Positions 29,245 to 39,758 of a stretch of 64,000 nucleotides of DNA are shown here, piece after piece; position 1 is the stretch's first letter, and each line of letters starts with the position of its first letter. The notes below the pieces were generated by a model. That model was not told the origin of the DNA, did no database searches, and saw only the letters and a program-made list of their open reading frames with translations. Both the position numbers and the translations under genes were made by a program. Origin of the DNA: a virus; IMG/VR virus record IMGVR_UViG_3300029989_000005; one strand, written 5' to 3'.

Positions 29245-30876
29245 TTATGAGTGGAATCTCTCTATATTTATGTTTACACACCCCATATAATCATTCAATG
29301 GGTCAAATTCATCCTTAAAATATACATTATTGCTGTCAGTCCAATCACCTCTTATAACTGCTATTTGATTATTATCGACTTTTATATTTCCTAAAGAATC
29401 TATGTATTTGCTATCTTGAGATAATAATATAACCTTAACGGAATAAATATTATCTAATCCGTTAATAAGTGACACTATTTCAGAATGTATTATGTCTGAT
29501 GTTGATTCTCTATTCAACAAATAATTACTTATAATATTTAAAATATTTTGTCTTGTAATCATCATATTTGATATATCGGCATCCACACCATCCTCCAATT
29601 CACAGTAAATCATCATTGCGAACTTCTGTATAAGAGGATTTATAAGTTCCATAGTTATATTGGCTGATTCAATACCTGACTCCTGTATCTGTGATAAAAT
29701 TTGAGCTTTTTCATAATCCAATAATAAAAATTTATCTAAAGATATAGTAAAATAATTTTCACCTGTTATTAACCTGTTAATCAAAGATGGTACTAAGTAC
29801 ACAGAATATTCGTTTATATTATCAATAGTTTTCTTAAATATGTTGATTGACGAAAAATAATTCATCTTTTTAAAGAAATAATTAATTGACTTTTTGTCAT
29901 GTAATATAAAACTTCTTGAAATGTTTGGTGCTAAAATTTTTGTTAAATTTATATCCTCTGAATCAGCACCAAGGCAAGGTAATATATTGTTGTTTACATA
30001 AAAAATATCATCAAGACTTAATTCATTACCATTACCATCAAAGCATGTATCATTAAGTTTCCAAGTTGTTTTTGAATTGAATAAATTACCTATACTTCCA
30101 TTGGTTGTAAGTACATTTACTTTTATTTCAGAGCCTAAAGGTGGAATCTCTTGGAAATTGTTTTTCCCAAATATTATATCAACACCTGATGTCATACCCG
30201 TTTTAACTAAACACCCTGCAGCACCATATGGTATATCATACAGCGAAATATACTGCTCATATATTTTACCGTTAACCATTACCTCAACATATGAATCATC
30301 ATACATTTGAAATTGTAAGTTTGGTAATTCATATGTTTGTATATTTGTACCTGTTCCTGTGAATGTATGAGTTTCTACAACACCTTCTACAATAGGTATT
30401 TGTAATTCCTTTGTATCATTTATATTGAATGTTTTGAAATCAGTATTCATTAATATTGTATACTGTAAACCATTTTCCAAATTCTGTATTTTGGTGTAAT
30501 TAGGTATGTGTATTTTGTCACCCGCTATACTTATATTTATTGATGGGTTTCTAATAAGTATAATACTTCCCCTTGCCGATGAACCTCTAAAAGCGTTGTG
30601 ACCTTGTAATCTTGCAAGACCATGTACAGAATGTATTCTGTTAGCTGTTTTAAAATTAGATTGAGTTGCTGAGTCGTTAATATAATAGAAAATATTATTA
30701 ACGTGATTTTGTAATACAAGTATTATTTGACCAAAACTTGAGGCATATGTGAAAGACCTAAGGTTGTTTTTGAATCTAATAATTAAATTATTAGTAAGTT
30801 CATTTATAGAATCTATAGCTTTTACCTTGTTTTTAGGTATTAATTTATTTTCTAAATTATCATTATTAACAGCCAT
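29245..30876 (-). CDS. baseplate wedge subunit gp6-like
   Basis: ASSFGQII...TANRIHSVHGLARLQGH, IIFGKNNFQEIPPLGS, GADSED. Confidence 0.75.
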   Translation of the reverse strand: MAVNNDNLENKLIPKNKVKAIDSINELTNNLIIRFKNNLRSFTYASSFGQIILVLQNHVNNIFYYINDSATQSNFKTANRIHSVHGLARLQGHNAFRGSSARGSIILIRNPSINISIAGDKIHIPNYTKIQNLENGLQYTILMNTDFKTFNINDTKELQIPIVEGVVETHTFTGTGTNIQTYELPNLQFQMYDDSYVEVMVNGKIYEQYISLYDIPYGAAGCLVKTGMTSGVDIIFGKNNFQEIPPLGSEIKVNVLTTNGSIGNLFNSKTTWKLNDTCFDGNGNELSLDDIFYVNNNILPCLGADSEDINLTKILAPNISRSFILHDKKSINYFFKKMNYFSSINIFKKTIDNINEYSVYLVPSLINRLITGENYFTISLDKFLLLDYEKAQILSQIQESGIESANITMELINPLIQKFAMMIYCELEDGVDADISNMMITRQNILNIISNYLLNRESTSDIIHSEIVSLINGLDNIYSVKVILLSQDSKYIDSLGNIKVDNNQIAVIRGDWTDSNNVYFKDEFDPLNDYMGCVNINIERFHS

Positions 30877-30902
30877 GTTGTTATTTTAATTTATTTATAC
30901 TT

Positions 30903-30938
30903 AAATGGGACTATCAAAATTAATTGGTAATCCCATTT
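30903..30938 (-). terminator. imperfect hairpin
   Basis: AAATGGGA...TCCCATTT. Confidence 0.4.
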
Positions 30939-31012
30939 GAACTTATTTATATAATATTTTTATAATCCTTAATATTTTTAATTTTTTATTTTTAATAATT
31001 TTAACTTTGATT

Positions 31013-31297
31013 TTAATTCCATCCAAATGATTTAGCCAAATCCAAAGCATCTTTTTCATCAACCAATCCCGCAGCCATTAATTTATGATAATAATTATTT
31101 ACACGTGATAAATGATCTGTTGCAATTTCCTTTGCTATTGATGGGTTATTAGTATGTTCAACCTCAACCAAACATCCAACTTGTAATTCCTCTTGGTCAA
31201 ATGTTGAATCATCAGTATTATCACCTTCCCCACCTCTTAATGTATCAACCATATTAAGTTTTTGATCTTGTGATTCAAACACCTTTAATCTTTTCAT
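31013..31297 (-). CDS. DUF5661-like protein, possible internal head protein
   Basis: GCLVEVEHT...AKEIATDHL...YYHKL; N-terminal MKRLKVFE. Confidence 0.65.
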   Translation of the reverse strand: MKRLKVFESQDQKLNMVDTLRGGEGDNTDDSTFDQEELQVGCLVEVEHTNNPSIAKEIATDHLSRVNNYYHKLMAAGLVDEKDALDLAKSFGWN

Positions 31298-31336
31298 ATT
31301 TAGTATGCTTTTGATTATTTAATATTGTTACAAAAA

Positions 31337-33127
31337 TTAATAAACAACACCACCCGCACCCTGTGCATCTGTTGCGTTTATGCTCAGACCATTCTTGACA
31401 TCTCCATTTTGGAATTCAACAGCAGTTCCCTCTGAATTAGTTTTTAGCTTATCATCATCACCAATTATCTCGTCTAACATCCCCGAAAGTGGTAAATATG
31501 TCCTACCCTGACCCGCATTTAATATAGCCTGAATATCACCACTATCCATTTTTCTAGCTCTTTTCAAACTAATTTCCAAAGTCCATTTAGTTGGGAAATC
31601 ATCAAATCCAAGTTCATCGCTAGGCGTAACTGTAAAAGAATCACAAATTAAATTTCCTATTGTATAAATTGGATTATAGGGATTGCCAACAACTAGGTGA
31701 TATTCACCAACAGGTGCACCCGATACAAGTGAATGTATAGCAACAATATTTGGTCTTGATTTTTTAGTTGCCATATCAAGCATTTTATCTCCACCAATTT
31801 TCCCACCACCTAATAAATTAGAAAATAATGATTGAAAATTCCCTGACATCATACTTTGCCACAACCCCGAAAGTGCGTTTCCTGTTTTCCCCATAACACT
31901 TCCTATATTTCCCGCTACAGATTTAAAGAATCCGCCATAATCACCCGAATAAAGCTTATGATAATCACCCAAAAACCCAAATTGCTCCATAACACGAGGT
32001 GTAAACCTGTTAGCACCACCCCACCATTTAGCGTGATAAAATGTAAGTGCTAACATGTTACCAATAAGGTCAAGCATTGCTAACTTTGGATTTATATTTT
32101 TATATGATTTTAATTCATATTCAAATTTTAATCTGAAAGATAAATCAGCACCAATTCCTGATTCTCTAGTCATTGTATCCTTTATCACATTTATTGGACC
32201 TAGTACCTTGTGAATATATGAAAAATCTCTAGATGCCTTTATTGCATCTATTCTTGAATTGCTAGCACCTGACAAATCGGATGTTTGAGAATCTCCTGTA
32301 AAAGTAGATGCCCTTGATGCCATATCCATTCCCTGACCAACATAACCCTTAAGATTTATTCCACTAAGCCTACCACCAAGAGTTGGAACAAACCCTGTTA
32401 CAGCATTTTTTTGAGATTCAAGTGTTGGTATGTTTTGATTTGCTTCATCCCATATCTGAGATGATACATTTTTCCAAGAGATACTTCCTGTTATGGAAAA
32501 TAAAGAAGATAATTTATTATCTGTTGGGTCACCAAAATACGTAATTGCTTGAGCTATTGGCTTTATATCATTACGATTTGTATTTGAAAACTGTAAATTA
32601 TCATATACAGGATAAGCAAACCTTCTTAATGTTAATAACCTATTAAGAGGTATTTTATCATAGTATTTTGCATATAAAAAATCATTGGCAAAATATGGCA
32701 TTGATGGCGATTTGTCGGGTGTAAAATCAGCTAACAAATTTCCTATAGTTAATTCAGGTTTATCCTCTACATGTCCAAACACACCATTTTCACCCTGTTT
32801 GTCATAGAAATCATTTATTCCATTACAAAAAGAATGTGTGAACAAAATATAATTATTGAATAAAGAATTTACCCCCTTCACATTTTGACCTACAGTATAA
32901 CTTTTATCGGCTTTTCCTTCTGATGTATACATCCTCATACCATTTCCCTTAACCAATGATGCTTTTGGTTTATTAACGGGGTCTTTTGATTCACGTTTTA
33001 AACCTTTGAATGAATCATTAACATATGATTTTTTCTGAGGTATACCACCAACGATAGGTGATTTACCAAGGTTCATTGAGGCTGATGGACTCGATAAGCT
33101 ATTAAAATCTGTTGAAGCACTTGACAT
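31337..33127 (-). CDS. putative baseplate/tail-tube-associated structural protein
   Basis: Gly-rich; GAPVGEYHLVVGNPYNPI..IGNLIC...DELGFDDFPT typical of large-myovirus tail proteins; TAAATAA upstream. Confidence 0.45.
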   Translation of the reverse strand: MSSASTDFNSLSSPSASMNLGKSPIVGGIPQKKSYVNDSFKGLKRESKDPVNKPKASLVKGNGMRMYTSEGKADKSYTVGQNVKGVNSLFNNYILFTHSFCNGINDFYDKQGENGVFGHVEDKPELTIGNLLADFTPDKSPSMPYFANDFLYAKYYDKIPLNRLLTLRRFAYPVYDNLQFSNTNRNDIKPIAQAITYFGDPTDNKLSSLFSITGSISWKNVSSQIWDEANQNIPTLESQKNAVTGFVPTLGGRLSGINLKGYVGQGMDMASRASTFTGDSQTSDLSGASNSRIDAIKASRDFSYIHKVLGPINVIKDTMTRESGIGADLSFRLKFEYELKSYKNINPKLAMLDLIGNMLALTFYHAKWWGGANRFTPRVMEQFGFLGDYHKLYSGDYGGFFKSVAGNIGSVMGKTGNALSGLWQSMMSGNFQSLFSNLLGGGKIGGDKMLDMATKKSRPNIVAIHSLVSGAPVGEYHLVVGNPYNPIYTIGNLICDSFTVTPSDELGFDDFPTKWTLEISLKRARKMDSGDIQAILNAGQGRTYLPLSGMLDEIIGDDDKLKTNSEGTAVEFQNGDVKNGLSINATDAQGAGGVVY

Positions 33128-33160
33128 ATTTAATACTATTTTTAGTTATTTATAAAACAT

Positions 33161-33189
33161 TTGATTATTTTATAAAGCTGATAATATAA
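33161..33189 (+). promoter_or_regulatory. sigma70-like promoter TTGATT-N17-ATATAA (deaminase-gmk operon)
   Basis: recurring motif. Confidence 0.55.
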
Positions 33190-33208
33190 AATCAGATAAT
33201 ATAAAATA

Positions 33209-33475
33209 ATGAAAAACATGGACATGGATATAGAAAACAAAACTGAAAGCACTGAAAGCACTGAATTTCAAATAGGTCATTATACTGCACTTGTGTTGGC
33301 ATACAGAACTATTGGTGTTTCTGTAGATATGAAAGATGCAATGCTTATTGAAAAGATATCTGACTTTATTAAAGGCAAAACAACTAAAGATATTAAATTG
33401 CATGATATTGATAATTTAATTAAAGAATCAAATCATGATTTCGAAAATATCGTGGTTAAAAATAAACTTGTATAA
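33209..33475 (+). CDS. hypothetical protein
   Basis: first ORF of the operon. Confidence 0.55.
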   Translation: MKNMDMDIENKTESTESTEFQIGHYTALVLAYRTIGVSVDMKDAMLIEKISDFIKGKTTKDIKLHDIDNLIKESNHDFENIVVKNKLV

Positions 33476-33477
33476 AT

Positions 33478-34491
33478 ATGTACGCTGAATTCCATACTCA
33501 TTTAGGTGGTTCTACATTACCACAAACATTGTTTTCTATAGCTTATGATAGAGGATTAAAAATCAAAAAGTATCAGGATTATGACAAATTTTCTGATACA
33601 ATTTTTAATGGTGCAAATGAGGATAAATCTTTGACAGGATATTTAGGTAGATATAAAATGATTCAAGAAATTTGTTCTTATCCGCAATCAATAGAACTTT
33701 CTGTTTATCATGTTCTTGAGGACTTATATATTAACCATGGATATAGACTTATTGAATTAAAGCTAAACCCTGCCTTGAGAAATCAAAAAGGTCTATATGA
33801 TTTGGATACAATAATAATGTCTGCTTGTAATGGATTGCAGAAAGCAAAGGCTATATTCAAAGACTTGCGATGTGGTTTGATAATTGAATCAGATCAATCA
33901 TTTTCCATAGAACTCACAAAAATTATATTTGAAAAAGCGGTTAAATTCAAAAATTTTGGTATTGTAGGAGTAGATATTTCGGGGTATCATTTAGATTATT
34001 CATCCAACCTTTTAAACGGATTTTATAAGGAAGCATTCAAATTTATAAAGGAAAATGGTCTTAAAATAACCTTACATTTTGGTGAAATTATTAAAGATGT
34101 GCCTGACGAGAGCGATAGAAATTCGTTAACTAATTTCAAAAACATAATTAAAAGTATTGACAGAATAGGTCATGGTGTACAATTTTTGTTGTATTCAAAA
34201 TTTGCTGTTGATATTATAGCCTCTAATGGCATACCAATTGAATTTTGTCCTAACTCAAATTTGAAAACAAGTGCAATTGATAAAGAGGATATTGAAAAAA
34301 TAATCGATAAAGCTGTCTGCAACAACATTCAATTGCTTTTATGTTCTGATGGTCATATATTTAATGGAAACTTTGAAAACAATTTGAAAACAATACAAAA
34401 TAATATAAAAGATAAATGGTTGTTCCAAAATTTCAAAGGTTCTGTTACTGATTTTGAAGCGGTTTCCAAATATTCATTTATAAATCAGTAA
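33478..34491 (+). CDS. adenosine/AMP deaminase family protein
   Basis: EFHTHLGGS, VGVDISG, TLHFGE, RIGHG, EFCPNSN, CSDG. Confidence 0.88.
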   Translation: MYAEFHTHLGGSTLPQTLFSIAYDRGLKIKKYQDYDKFSDTIFNGANEDKSLTGYLGRYKMIQEICSYPQSIELSVYHVLEDLYINHGYRLIELKLNPALRNQKGLYDLDTIIMSACNGLQKAKAIFKDLRCGLIIESDQSFSIELTKIIFEKAVKFKNFGIVGVDISGYHLDYSSNLLNGFYKEAFKFIKENGLKITLHFGEIIKDVPDESDRNSLTNFKNIIKSIDRIGHGVQFLLYSKFAVDIIASNGIPIEFCPNSNLKTSAIDKEDIEKIIDKAVCNNIQLLLCSDGHIFNGNFENNLKTIQNNIKDKWLFQNFKGSVTDFEAVSKYSFINQ

Positions 34492-34495
34492 AGTC

Positions 34496-34978
34496 ATGTT
34501 TGGTAAAAAAATTATTTTAATAGGTGCGGGTGCATCGGGTAAAGACTTCTTAAGGAAAAACTTTCAGTATACTCTTAATTTTAAATTTGGCATATCTTGT
34601 ACCTCTAGATTACCAAGAAATGGTGAAATCAATGGTGAGGATTATAGATTTATGTCAAAATACGATTTTAAAAGAAAAATTGAGCATGGTGAAATGCTGC
34701 AATACTCTGATTTTGGTAGTGCATATTACGGAACATCAAGGGAGGACTTCAACGAATGTAACTTATTCATAATGTCACCTGATGGTCTTAAGCAGCTAAC
34801 AAAAGAGGATAGAGATAAATGTACAGTAATTTGGGTGAAATCAGATGAAGATATAATATACAAAAGATTATTGAAACGAGGAATGTCTGAGGAAAATATA
34901 AATGACAGACTTTTTGCCGACTACAGTCTGTTTATGGAATATACAGACTTTGATTATATTATAATCAATAATGGTTAA
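34496..34978 (+). CDS. gmk: guanylate kinase
   Basis: GAGASGKD, SCTSRLPRNGEINGEDYRF, YYGTS. Confidence 0.9.
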   Translation: MFGKKIILIGAGASGKDFLRKNFQYTLNFKFGISCTSRLPRNGEINGEDYRFMSKYDFKRKIEHGEMLQYSDFGSAYYGTSREDFNECNLFIMSPDGLKQLTKEDRDKCTVIWVKSDEDIIYKRLLKRGMSEENINDRLFADYSLFMEYTDFDYIIINNG

Positions 34979-35508
34979 AAATTGGTATCCGTGTTTTCAC
35001 CTTTTGGGAAACTCGACTTTGGTTGTTGTGCTATTATAGTTGTTATAAATTTATCGCCTGAATCATTATAACCTGAACGGTACATTGAAAATTTTTTGCC
35101 TGTAAGAAATAAATTTTTAATGTACCTATCATCTACTATAAACATTCTCCAACCCGACTTTTTTGCAAATCCTGTTTTTAGATTTTTAGATTTTTGAGAT
35201 TTTGATTTGTGTCTAGCTAATTTATCAGTTATGGAATCATCTTTTAATGTGTCTGATATAACATAAAATCTCATATATGTTACAGTTTCCCCTTTTTTAT
35301 TTGTTCTGTAACCTATGGCATATGGTTCACCAAACCTTGGACCGCTAGTGCCATCACCTGTTTTATCGGTATAATAAAAACTAATATATTGCCTTGTGTT
35401 AATAGCCTTTATAAGTTGATCTAACTTCACAGAACCCATAGCCTCAAAAACAGGTTTGGAACTTACTTTTATAATAACATTATTTTCAGATAATTTTAAA
35501 GGCTTCAT
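34975..35508 (-). CDS. WYL-domain-like protein
   Basis: LIKAINTRQYISFYY...RFGEPYAIG...GWRMFIVD. Confidence 0.6.
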   Translation of the reverse strand: MKPLKLSENNVIIKVSSKPVFEAMGSVKLDQLIKAINTRQYISFYYTDKTGDGTSGPRFGEPYAIGYRTNKKGETVTYMRFYVISDTLKDDSITDKLARHKSKSQKSKNLKTGFAKKSGWRMFIVDDRYIKNLFLTGKKFSMYRSGYNDSGDKFITTIIAQQPKSSFPKGENTDTNF

Positions 35509-35560
35509 TAATTTTTATTTTATTTAAAAACATAACTTTAAATAAAATAAATCATTGACA

Positions 35561-37183
35561 ATGGATTTATCAAAAACATACGAGAATATCAAATCGGGTG
35601 GTGCTATTAATAAATTGCTTGGGGTAGATTCTTTATTTACCGATGTAGAAAAGAAAAGAAATGAGCAGGATAAATTTCTTGATAATGGCAAAGAAAGATT
35701 TTTCAATTCAAGTTTCAATTACAAGAAATCTAGGGGTGATAGTAATATTAAAAATAAGGACACTGTTGTATTAAAATATGCAGATGACCCTACTTTACTA
35801 GGATTTAAATTGATTCCAAACTTATCAAGCCCGTTGTTTAATATTACTGTTGCTGATTCTAACGAAGAACAGGAGGAATCGGCATTTGCATATCTTTTAT
35901 CAATAAATCAACAAGACAGAGCCAAAAAATTACTTAATTTTATTGAGTCTTTTAAACTTCTTGTACAGGAATATCCATATTATTTACAAGAATTATCGGG
36001 ATTGGGTGATTTGTACAAAATAGAAGGGCATAGATCATATTATGAAAGGAAATTAAAAATAAAAACATATGAATCTGTAGACCTATTTATATCGGCAATG
36101 ATGCATGATTACATAAATGCGGTATATGATTTTACAGAACTTAAATGGGTAGTTCCTATAAATTTATTGTACTTCGATTTAATAATTTATATTTCTGAGG
36201 TAAGAAAATTCAAGACTGTATATAACATAATTAGTGACAATTATCTTGATGATACTAATATAAATTATGTACTTGATAAAGATTCAATGTTTTTGCTTAA
36301 CAAATATATAGGTGCTTATGCTATTAGGTTTAATAAGTGTAGCTTTGAATCAGAGCATATAAATAAATACTTGTCGAATATAAGTAATCAATCTCCTAAA
36401 TCACCCGAAAACGAAATAGGTATGTGTCTTGGTAAAATGTCTTTTCATTTGACTAATTTACATCCATTTTCTCATGTTTATAAATATTATGATGAAATAT
36501 ACCCATTGGTTAATGATGTAAATTATGACACGGAATCAGAACTAAATAGGTTTAATGTCAAGTCAGAACAATCTGACAAAGGTATATTTGATATGGCTCT
36601 TGATATAGTAAAAGAAGAGGCGGCTAAAACAGCAAACGGACTAATAAAGCAAGTTACAAGTAAAGTCGAAAACACCATAACTTTTGGAGTTTCCAAATTA
36701 GAAACTCTTGGTAAAGAAATAATATCTGAATATACACCATCTAATATAATTAATAGATTAATAGGTGATGAACTTGATAAGGTATCTAAAAATGTAAATG
36801 ATGGGCTTAATAGTTTTATAGACGATTTGGAAGCTAATTCTACTAACAAAACAGGTAATTTAAAAAGAAATGCCGATAATGAAAGGCTTGCATCACTTTT
36901 AATAAATCAAAACAATGTTATACAGCCTACTTCCGACATTGTTAGTGATAATACTAATGTTATAAATACAAAAGGAGCTATCTCTGAGTTTATGCCTGAT
37001 ATTAAAAACATAAACTCAGGTATCAAATCATTATACGCAATAAATTTAAAGGAAGAAACCAAGAAAGCACAAAATGAGGATTTGAGGAAGAAAGTACTTA
37101 CCATGATCTTGGATGGTACTGATGAAATTAAATTGTTAAGGGAAACCCTGTTTATTGGAAATACAAATCAAAAAATAAACTAA
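35561..37183 (+). CDS. putative virion structural protein
   Basis: TAAATAA at 35539; DDPTLLGFKL...PYYLQELSGL; likely ATG 35561. Confidence 0.45.
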   Translation: MDLSKTYENIKSGGAINKLLGVDSLFTDVEKKRNEQDKFLDNGKERFFNSSFNYKKSRGDSNIKNKDTVVLKYADDPTLLGFKLIPNLSSPLFNITVADSNEEQEESAFAYLLSINQQDRAKKLLNFIESFKLLVQEYPYYLQELSGLGDLYKIEGHRSYYERKLKIKTYESVDLFISAMMHDYINAVYDFTELKWVVPINLLYFDLIIYISEVRKFKTVYNIISDNYLDDTNINYVLDKDSMFLLNKYIGAYAIRFNKCSFESEHINKYLSNISNQSPKSPENEIGMCLGKMSFHLTNLHPFSHVYKYYDEIYPLVNDVNYDTESELNRFNVKSEQSDKGIFDMALDIVKEEAAKTANGLIKQVTSKVENTITFGVSKLETLGKEIISEYTPSNIINRLIGDELDKVSKNVNDGLNSFIDDLEANSTNKTGNLKRNADNERLASLLINQNNVIQPTSDIVSDNTNVINTKGAISEFMPDIKNINSGIKSLYAINLKEETKKAQNEDLRKKVLTMILDGTDEIKLLRETLFIGNTNQKIN

Positions 37184-37184
37184 T

Positions 37185-37436
37185 ATGAACTCAGATTATT
37201 CTATATATAAGTCATTAAAACATAGAAAAGATAATGTTAAAAATCTTGGGTATGATTATAGAGGTAATATAATGAAAAATTCTATTTCCAATATTATAAA
37301 AAATAGTAATAATCAAACTCTCCAAGATATATTAAAGCTTATAGACAGCTGCTTGGATTTTATGATTGTTGGTGTTAAGACTATTAAATCTAGAGTAAAC
37401 ATATGTGTTGATAAAGATACAGACCTTATAAATTAA
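37185..37436 (+). CDS. hypothetical protein
   Basis: coupled in operon. Confidence 0.55.
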   Translation: MNSDYSIYKSLKHRKDNVKNLGYDYRGNIMKNSISNIIKNSNNQTLQDILKLIDSCLDFMIVGVKTIKSRVNICVDKDTDLIN

Positions 37437-37437
37437 T

Positions 37438-39060
37438 ATGGATAACGAATTATTAAAATCTATATTACCCGAAGACCTTTATCAAGAATTAGTTAACCTT
37501 GATAAAAACGTTGTGGAACTAGATACCTGCAGGATTCCAAAAAATGGTGAACCTATTGATATATTACAAGGGTGTGTTCCTGTAATACCCAAATTCAACA
37601 ATGTAAAAGATGTAAAAGGCATAAATGACATAATAAGTTCTATACTATCTGATTCACCGTTACTTAAAGATGTAAATTTAGACGAACAAAGGAAGAATTG
37701 TCTAGATATTATACAAACTGTAGCTTTAAACCTTTCAAAGGCAAGTTTAGATAGGTTGAATAAAAATCAATTAATACCTTTACAAAAAATATTGTTAAAT
37801 TTAATAGAAATAACAATATACAACACTATACTTGAAAAAAACAACAAATCACATCAATGTTTTAATTTATCTTTGAACTCTGATAATTATTACAGCCTTA
37901 TTCCACGTATTAAAAATTATCATTTACAATCAGGAATTAGGTCTTATGGCATACATGATATATTTGATGATATGATAAGGTCTGTAATTATTAAAAAGGA
38001 ATATAAAACCACACAAAATACAAATATATCTCATGTAATAAAATATTTTGTAGATTTAAACAAGTTGTCTGATAGTGATATAGGTGATGGAACTGTGGAT
38101 ATAAAAACTATAATATACACAAGGTTACTAACATTTAAAAATATTTTATTAGGTGTACTTGGTGAATTATACAAAACTGTCAATACTCCTTTACTACCAC
38201 AACCACTAATTTATAATTTATCATCGGGTATTATAAATACTTATTTTAATGGAAATATTTCTGAAATAACTAATAAAAAACTAATTTCGGGGATAAGTAT
38301 AACGTTAAAGACAGATGATGAAATAATTGAGTACTATAAATCTCTTAACACATCACTACAAAAAAACTTATCCGAATACTTTTCTATAATTGATATGTTT
38401 GATTTAGATCAAATCAAATATGAACTAATATATGAATTATCAATTATTCCTTGTACAAGTTCAAATAAAGGATTTTATGAATCGGTAACAAATAACAAAG
38501 CTCAATATAAAGAAAATCTCAAGGATATTCCTATTAATTCAGATGAATACAATATATTCCTACCGACTTATTGGATGGTATGGACTACATATTTAAACTT
38601 AATATCATTGTTACCAAATCATTGGACTGTAGGATTTATAACACCCGTTGGTGCACCCGTTAAATTACCTATAATTTACATTCATTTGCTTACTATACCA
38701 ATCGGAAGTACAAACATAGTAGTTTGGCTAACAATAAATGGTTTGGCTATAGCACCTGTTGTAATGGTAGTAGATGGTAAAACAAAATCAACTTGGGAAG
38801 TACTGTTTAGGGGTGGAAAGCAACTAATAGAGGAGAGCCAAGGTTCTAAAACTGTACCAACAGGATTTAATTTACCTCAATATATAGGTGATTCACAAGC
38901 CGTTATTGACATTAATACTAACATAACTGAAAGTGCACCAATGTTGGAAGATGCATTTCCACCAATGTATAGAATGTCACCGTTAAATCTTGTATTCTTA
39001 AAATTTCTTAATTCATGCTGTGATAAAGGAAAAATATTCATGGGACTGATACCAATATAA
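37438..39060 (+). CDS. hypothetical (probable structural) protein
   Basis: long ORF in late operon. Confidence 0.55.
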   Translation: MDNELLKSILPEDLYQELVNLDKNVVELDTCRIPKNGEPIDILQGCVPVIPKFNNVKDVKGINDIISSILSDSPLLKDVNLDEQRKNCLDIIQTVALNLSKASLDRLNKNQLIPLQKILLNLIEITIYNTILEKNNKSHQCFNLSLNSDNYYSLIPRIKNYHLQSGIRSYGIHDIFDDMIRSVIIKKEYKTTQNTNISHVIKYFVDLNKLSDSDIGDGTVDIKTIIYTRLLTFKNILLGVLGELYKTVNTPLLPQPLIYNLSSGIINTYFNGNISEITNKKLISGISITLKTDDEIIEYYKSLNTSLQKNLSEYFSIIDMFDLDQIKYELIYELSIIPCTSSNKGFYESVTNNKAQYKENLKDIPINSDEYNIFLPTYWMVWTTYLNLISLLPNHWTVGFITPVGAPVKLPIIYIHLLTIPIGSTNIVVWLTINGLAIAPVVMVVDGKTKSTWEVLFRGGKQLIEESQGSKTVPTGFNLPQYIGDSQAVIDINTNITESAPMLEDAFPPMYRMSPLNLVFLKFLNSCCDKGKIFMGLIPI

Positions 39061-39090
39061 ATAAATTAAAATAAATTAAAAATTAGAAAA

Positions 39091-39744
39091 ATGAAAAATC
39101 TAGCAAACAATTTTGTACTGTCACGTGCAAAAATTAGCAATTCATCGATACAAGTTGGTGATTTGTACATTACACCTAATTTTGACGAAAACATATCTGA
39201 TGAAATATTATCAGAGGTAGAAAGTATTGTCAGAAAAAACTTTACTAATGTAAGGCAATTAAACGGTAAATCTGTAAAGAATTTACGTCATTTATTTGAA
39301 GACAATGTTAAAACAACTCAATTTTTTATGGGTGCTCTGACATTATTGACGATAGATAAATGTAAATTTTATGTTGTTAACAACAAAACAGGTATACTAA
39401 TGCCAACAATATCGGTTTTGGAAGTTCAATTTCCAACTGCTGAGGAGGAAAAAGTGGAAGCACCTGTTGTGGAAGCACCTGTTGTGGAAGAAGTGGAAGC
39501 ACCTGTTGTGGAAGCACCTGTTGTGGAAGCACCTGTTGTGGAAGCACCTGTTGTGGAAGCACCTGTTGTGGAAGCACCTGTTGTGGAAGCACCTGTTGTG
39601 GAAGCACCTGTTGTGGAAGCAGTTAAGACAGAGGAAACCAAAGCACCTGTTGTAAAGCCCACAAAACCCACAAAAGTAGTTACTAAAAACGTTGCCGATG
39701 CTCAGAAGCAAAATGCAGCCAAAATAGAAGAAAGCTTAAAGTAA
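39091..39744 (+). CDS. hypothetical protein with (VEAPV)n low-complexity linker
   Basis: TAAATAA at 39058; internal repeat. Confidence 0.65.
   Translation: MKNLANNFVLSRAKISNSSIQVGDLYITPNFDENISDEILSEVESIVRKNFTNVRQLNGKSVKNLRHLFEDNVKTTQFFMGALTLLTIDKCKFYVVNNKTGILMPTISVLEVQFPTAEEEKVEAPVVEAPVVEEVEAPVVEAPVVEAPVVEAPVVEAPVVEAPVVEAPVVEAPVVEAVKTEETKAPVVKPTKPTKVVTKNVADAQKQNAAKIEESLK
39454..39621 (+). repeat. 15-bp tandem repeat GTGGAAGCACCTGTT (about 10 copies, one interrupted)
   Basis: directly visible. Confidence 0.95.
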
Positions 39745-39758
39745 AAACACAAATTTTG

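Noticed and set aside
39454-39621. CRISPR array
   Set aside because: Contiguous in-frame 15-bp units with no unique spacers; coding VNTR.
39377-39711. Alternative-frame repeat ORFs (PQQVL, HNRCF, TTGAS, WKHLL)
   Set aside because: Shadows of the stop-free tandem repeat inside 39091..39744.
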